A DNA stretch of 64,000 nt from Anolis carolinensis (taxonomy: Eukaryota): assembly GCF_035594765.1 (NCBI RefSeq), contig NC_085842.1:79646782-79710781 (forward strand), given 5' to 3'. Below, one piece after another: positions 60,821 through 64,000 of this stretch. Made by a program: the position numbers and the translations under genes. The notes under the pieces are model-generated. The model worked only from the letters and a program-made list of their open reading frames with translations. It searched no databases and was not told where the DNA came from. The stretch's first letter is position 1. Each line of letters begins with the position of its first letter.

Positions 60821-63800
60821 AAATTGGTTGGTTAGATGGTAGACTTTTGGGGAAAAAAATCACAGAAGCCACATGTGGTTGATGAGACATACTTCTCAGT
60901 CCCAATTGTATACCTTTACCTACACTGAGCGATTAACTGCGCACAAGGTTTCTTTCTCCTACTTTCCATAAAATCTATGTACTGTAGGCTTTGTATATGA
61001 AATTTGACTTTTGCAATTTTAGAATGCCCACTGGGGCTGAATATAGATAGACATCATTTATGTTATAACAGGAGTGAATGTTATTAATTTTTTAAAAATA
61101 GTAAGCAATGCCTTTCTGTAACAGTGAGTCAAGCCCTCAATAGCTTGATTGTGTACATATTTAATAATGTGTGCTGTCCTTTTTGAAGGATGTCAATGGA
61201 CTGGATGGCTTCCAACTCTACTATTCTATGATTCTATGTGATACTTACCATATTATCCCAGTTAGTTATTAATGGTGGTTGCTTTCCCTGCTTTAGCAGC
61301 ATTTAAAAAAGATATGAGCATTATTGAGAGGTGAACATAGTTTACAATATGGCAGCAGAATTGTACCCACAGATTCCATCCATTCCTCTTCATCTCAATC
61401 AATCAAATTTATGCACATAAAGTCTAGCTGAGTAGGCTGCATAAACTGAAATAGGCAGGGTACCCAACCATTTGTAAACATTGCATTTGCCCATTATTTT
61501 TTCACAGGTTATGCCATACATAGAATACATGGAGCTGACATATCAAATTACTCAATTGATATGTCTTAGTATCAGCATTGGCTAATGCTGTTGGCAGCTC
61601 TCTGCCATTTCAGGCATGATTCTTTTCTAAGCCTACCTGGAAAGGCAGAAGATTGAACATGGAACTTCTTCAGCTGCTTTGAGCCTCTTTTCTGGAAAGA
61701 AAAGGTGAAGTATGAATAAACATAATAAACATAATAATAATAATTCAGGCAAAGCACATGCTCTTGTGTCAAAATCGAATGTCCTTGCAGACTAGATGTA
61801 CAGAAGAAAAGGATAGGATTAGCAGGAATTGTTCCAGAGATATGCAAATCAGGACTTTTTATTCCTGGTTCCAGAGTAAAGCCCTTTCTCTCTCCTAATA
61901 AAATTACATAGTGTTACATGACCATCCATACATTATTCATTTGTGATGCTCTATATATCTACTCATGCTCTACCCACATTCAAAAATAACTTGGCAATGT
62001 TTTAAAAATTCAACAATATGCAATGCTGTATACGACTTCTGAACAGGACATTGCATGATGCAGACTCTATTTGAAATAAGCTGTATCCCTTTGCTTGGAA
62101 GTGGGGTGTAGGGTCTTGGGGGTCTCTTGTTCATAAAATCTCCCAGAGTAGAAGCTGACTTGCCAGCAAATAACCGCAAGAACAATATTCTCAAAAAAGT
62201 AGAAGAAAGAGGGGCAAAGGGGGAACACAAATGACTGCAATTCATCTCAAGATTTATGTGATTTTATTTGCTCTCTCCTAATACTATGTTATACAAGTCT
62301 CACACTGACTTCAGCCAAAAGTGGCAATTTTAGTAGCTTTATATAAATGCTAGACAAAAGCAACTAAAAAATGTCCTGTCTGCCTTTCAGAGATAAACTA
62401 CAAGGGCAGTAGGCAAACATATATACACATTCATTCCTTAAAAATACCTTGCCATCTTGACAATATTTAAATATGAGGAATATGAAATTTATCACCCTTC
62501 TCAGACACCCAACAACACATCCAATGCCATTTTGTTATGATTTTAAAACACTTTTATCATCACAACGTAAAGAAATCTGAAAATCTTACTAGCTATCACA
62601 ATTTTTCCTACCCTTATTGCCAGCAAATATAAGTCATTTGTGGTAATCAATAGCCTGAAAAACAAAACAAAAAAACAAATGGATAGACTCGTACTCCAGA
62701 AATGGAAAAATGAACAATTACCATCTATGATTCAGAATTATCTGGGGACCTTATCAAATGCAGCTTTCTCTGCATCTTCTCCCCATTTCTCCATAGTGCT
62801 GAAATACAGTCCCATGGGGTCCCTCATATGACGCAGAACAACTTCTGGCAGGACTTCATGGGGCTGTTTTGGCAGGGTGGAGAAATGGAGCCCAGAGTGC
62901 ATTTGGAGAATACAAAGAGGAAGCGGGGAAAGAATGGGAAACCACATGGGTTGGGAGGCCATTCCAGAAGATAGGGAAAGGTGGTAGAGAATGAAAGATG
63001 TTTCCCTCCGTTTCCCCCCTGCCCATCTGATGAGATCCTTAGCTTAAGCTCAAGAAAGTGTATTTTTGAAATGTATATACAGTACCCATAATCATACCCT
63101 TTATATTATTTTTCTCCCTCCAGATTCTTGGTAATGATACTGTAGAAATCTATTAAAAATGGAAGGAGGCAGGGCTGTTTTTAATCCCCTTCTGGTAACC
63201 ATTTTTTGATGCCTATTTGCCAAATGGCTTTTAAAAAGTATTCTTTGCAACATCATTGCTTCAACATTAGTCCAAAGGAAAAAGGCAAATTAAATAGCAT
63301 AAATCAATAGACAAATGCATGAATTTAAAAAAAATCAGTACATATAAAGTGGTTACTGGTGACGCTTTTATTTTGTTGTGCAAGCTGATAGCCATTATAT
63401 GTCAGTCATATTTGAGTTTTATGTTCCATTTACTGCTGACTGAAGACATTTTCACTTCTGAAAATGTTGAAAGTGCAAATATTCACAGATATCTTCAGAA
63501 TGAGGCCTTTCATTTAAGCACAATGAGAATGGCTAAAAAATGGATGTAGGAAAATAACACCCGCTCTTGAATCTTCTGCCCAAATAAGAGCGCTTCCTGT
63601 GGTTTGATGATAAGGCCAGCCTGAGAGCTTGCCCCTTATGACAAGAACAGAGGCAACGGAGAAAGCATGCTTGAGGAAACCATCCACAGACAGAAGGGAG
63701 AGAGGAAAATATCTACCCCTGGCCCTGCCTCACACACCAGTGGAAATCTACAGAAAGAGAGCATCCCTGCTCTCCCCTCTGCTATCTCCCCACTATGACA

Positions 63801-64000
63801 GAGTGAAAATGAGAGACCAATTTCCAATCACGCTAGTAGAGCGAGCTGTTCCAGCAAGCTGTCAGCACCTGGTATACACTCCTATCAGACTAAATCCCTT
63901 GGCAGCCCATTAGAAGCTGCTCCAGGCTGGCTGCGGGATATCTTGACAGGAAGCCAGACAACAGACTGAACAAGCACAGATACGCTGTTTAAGAAGGTGT

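Overview
Vertebrate genomic DNA, most likely a lizard of the Anolis type (inferred from Sauria SINE, Anolis-SINE2-like, BovB/RTE, CR1, L2 and Penelope repeats). It covers the conserved WDR82-GLYCTK block. WDR82 lies on the minus strand (9 coding exons, 21010 to 2872, 313 aa, all GT-AG and in phase) and hosts let-7g in intron 2. GLYCTK lies on the plus strand (4 coding exons, 32535-46080, 537 aa), head to head with WDR82 across a CpG island at about 20.8-21.65 kb. miR-135a lies on the minus strand about 13 kb past the GLYCTK stop. The rest is dense in transposons, many with readable TIRs/TSDs. The most notable observation is a 3.08-kb non-autonomous Helitron (7143-10226, minus strand, A|TC...hairpin-CTAG|T) in WDR82 intron 2 that appears to have captured the first coding exon of the kinase gene TESK1. 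The captured exon keeps a strong acceptor and donor in the WDR82 sense. It is in frame with WDR82 exon 2 and would frameshift into a premature stop in exon 3, so it is a candidate poison exon. Gene and family identifications come from recalled sequences, not from database searches.
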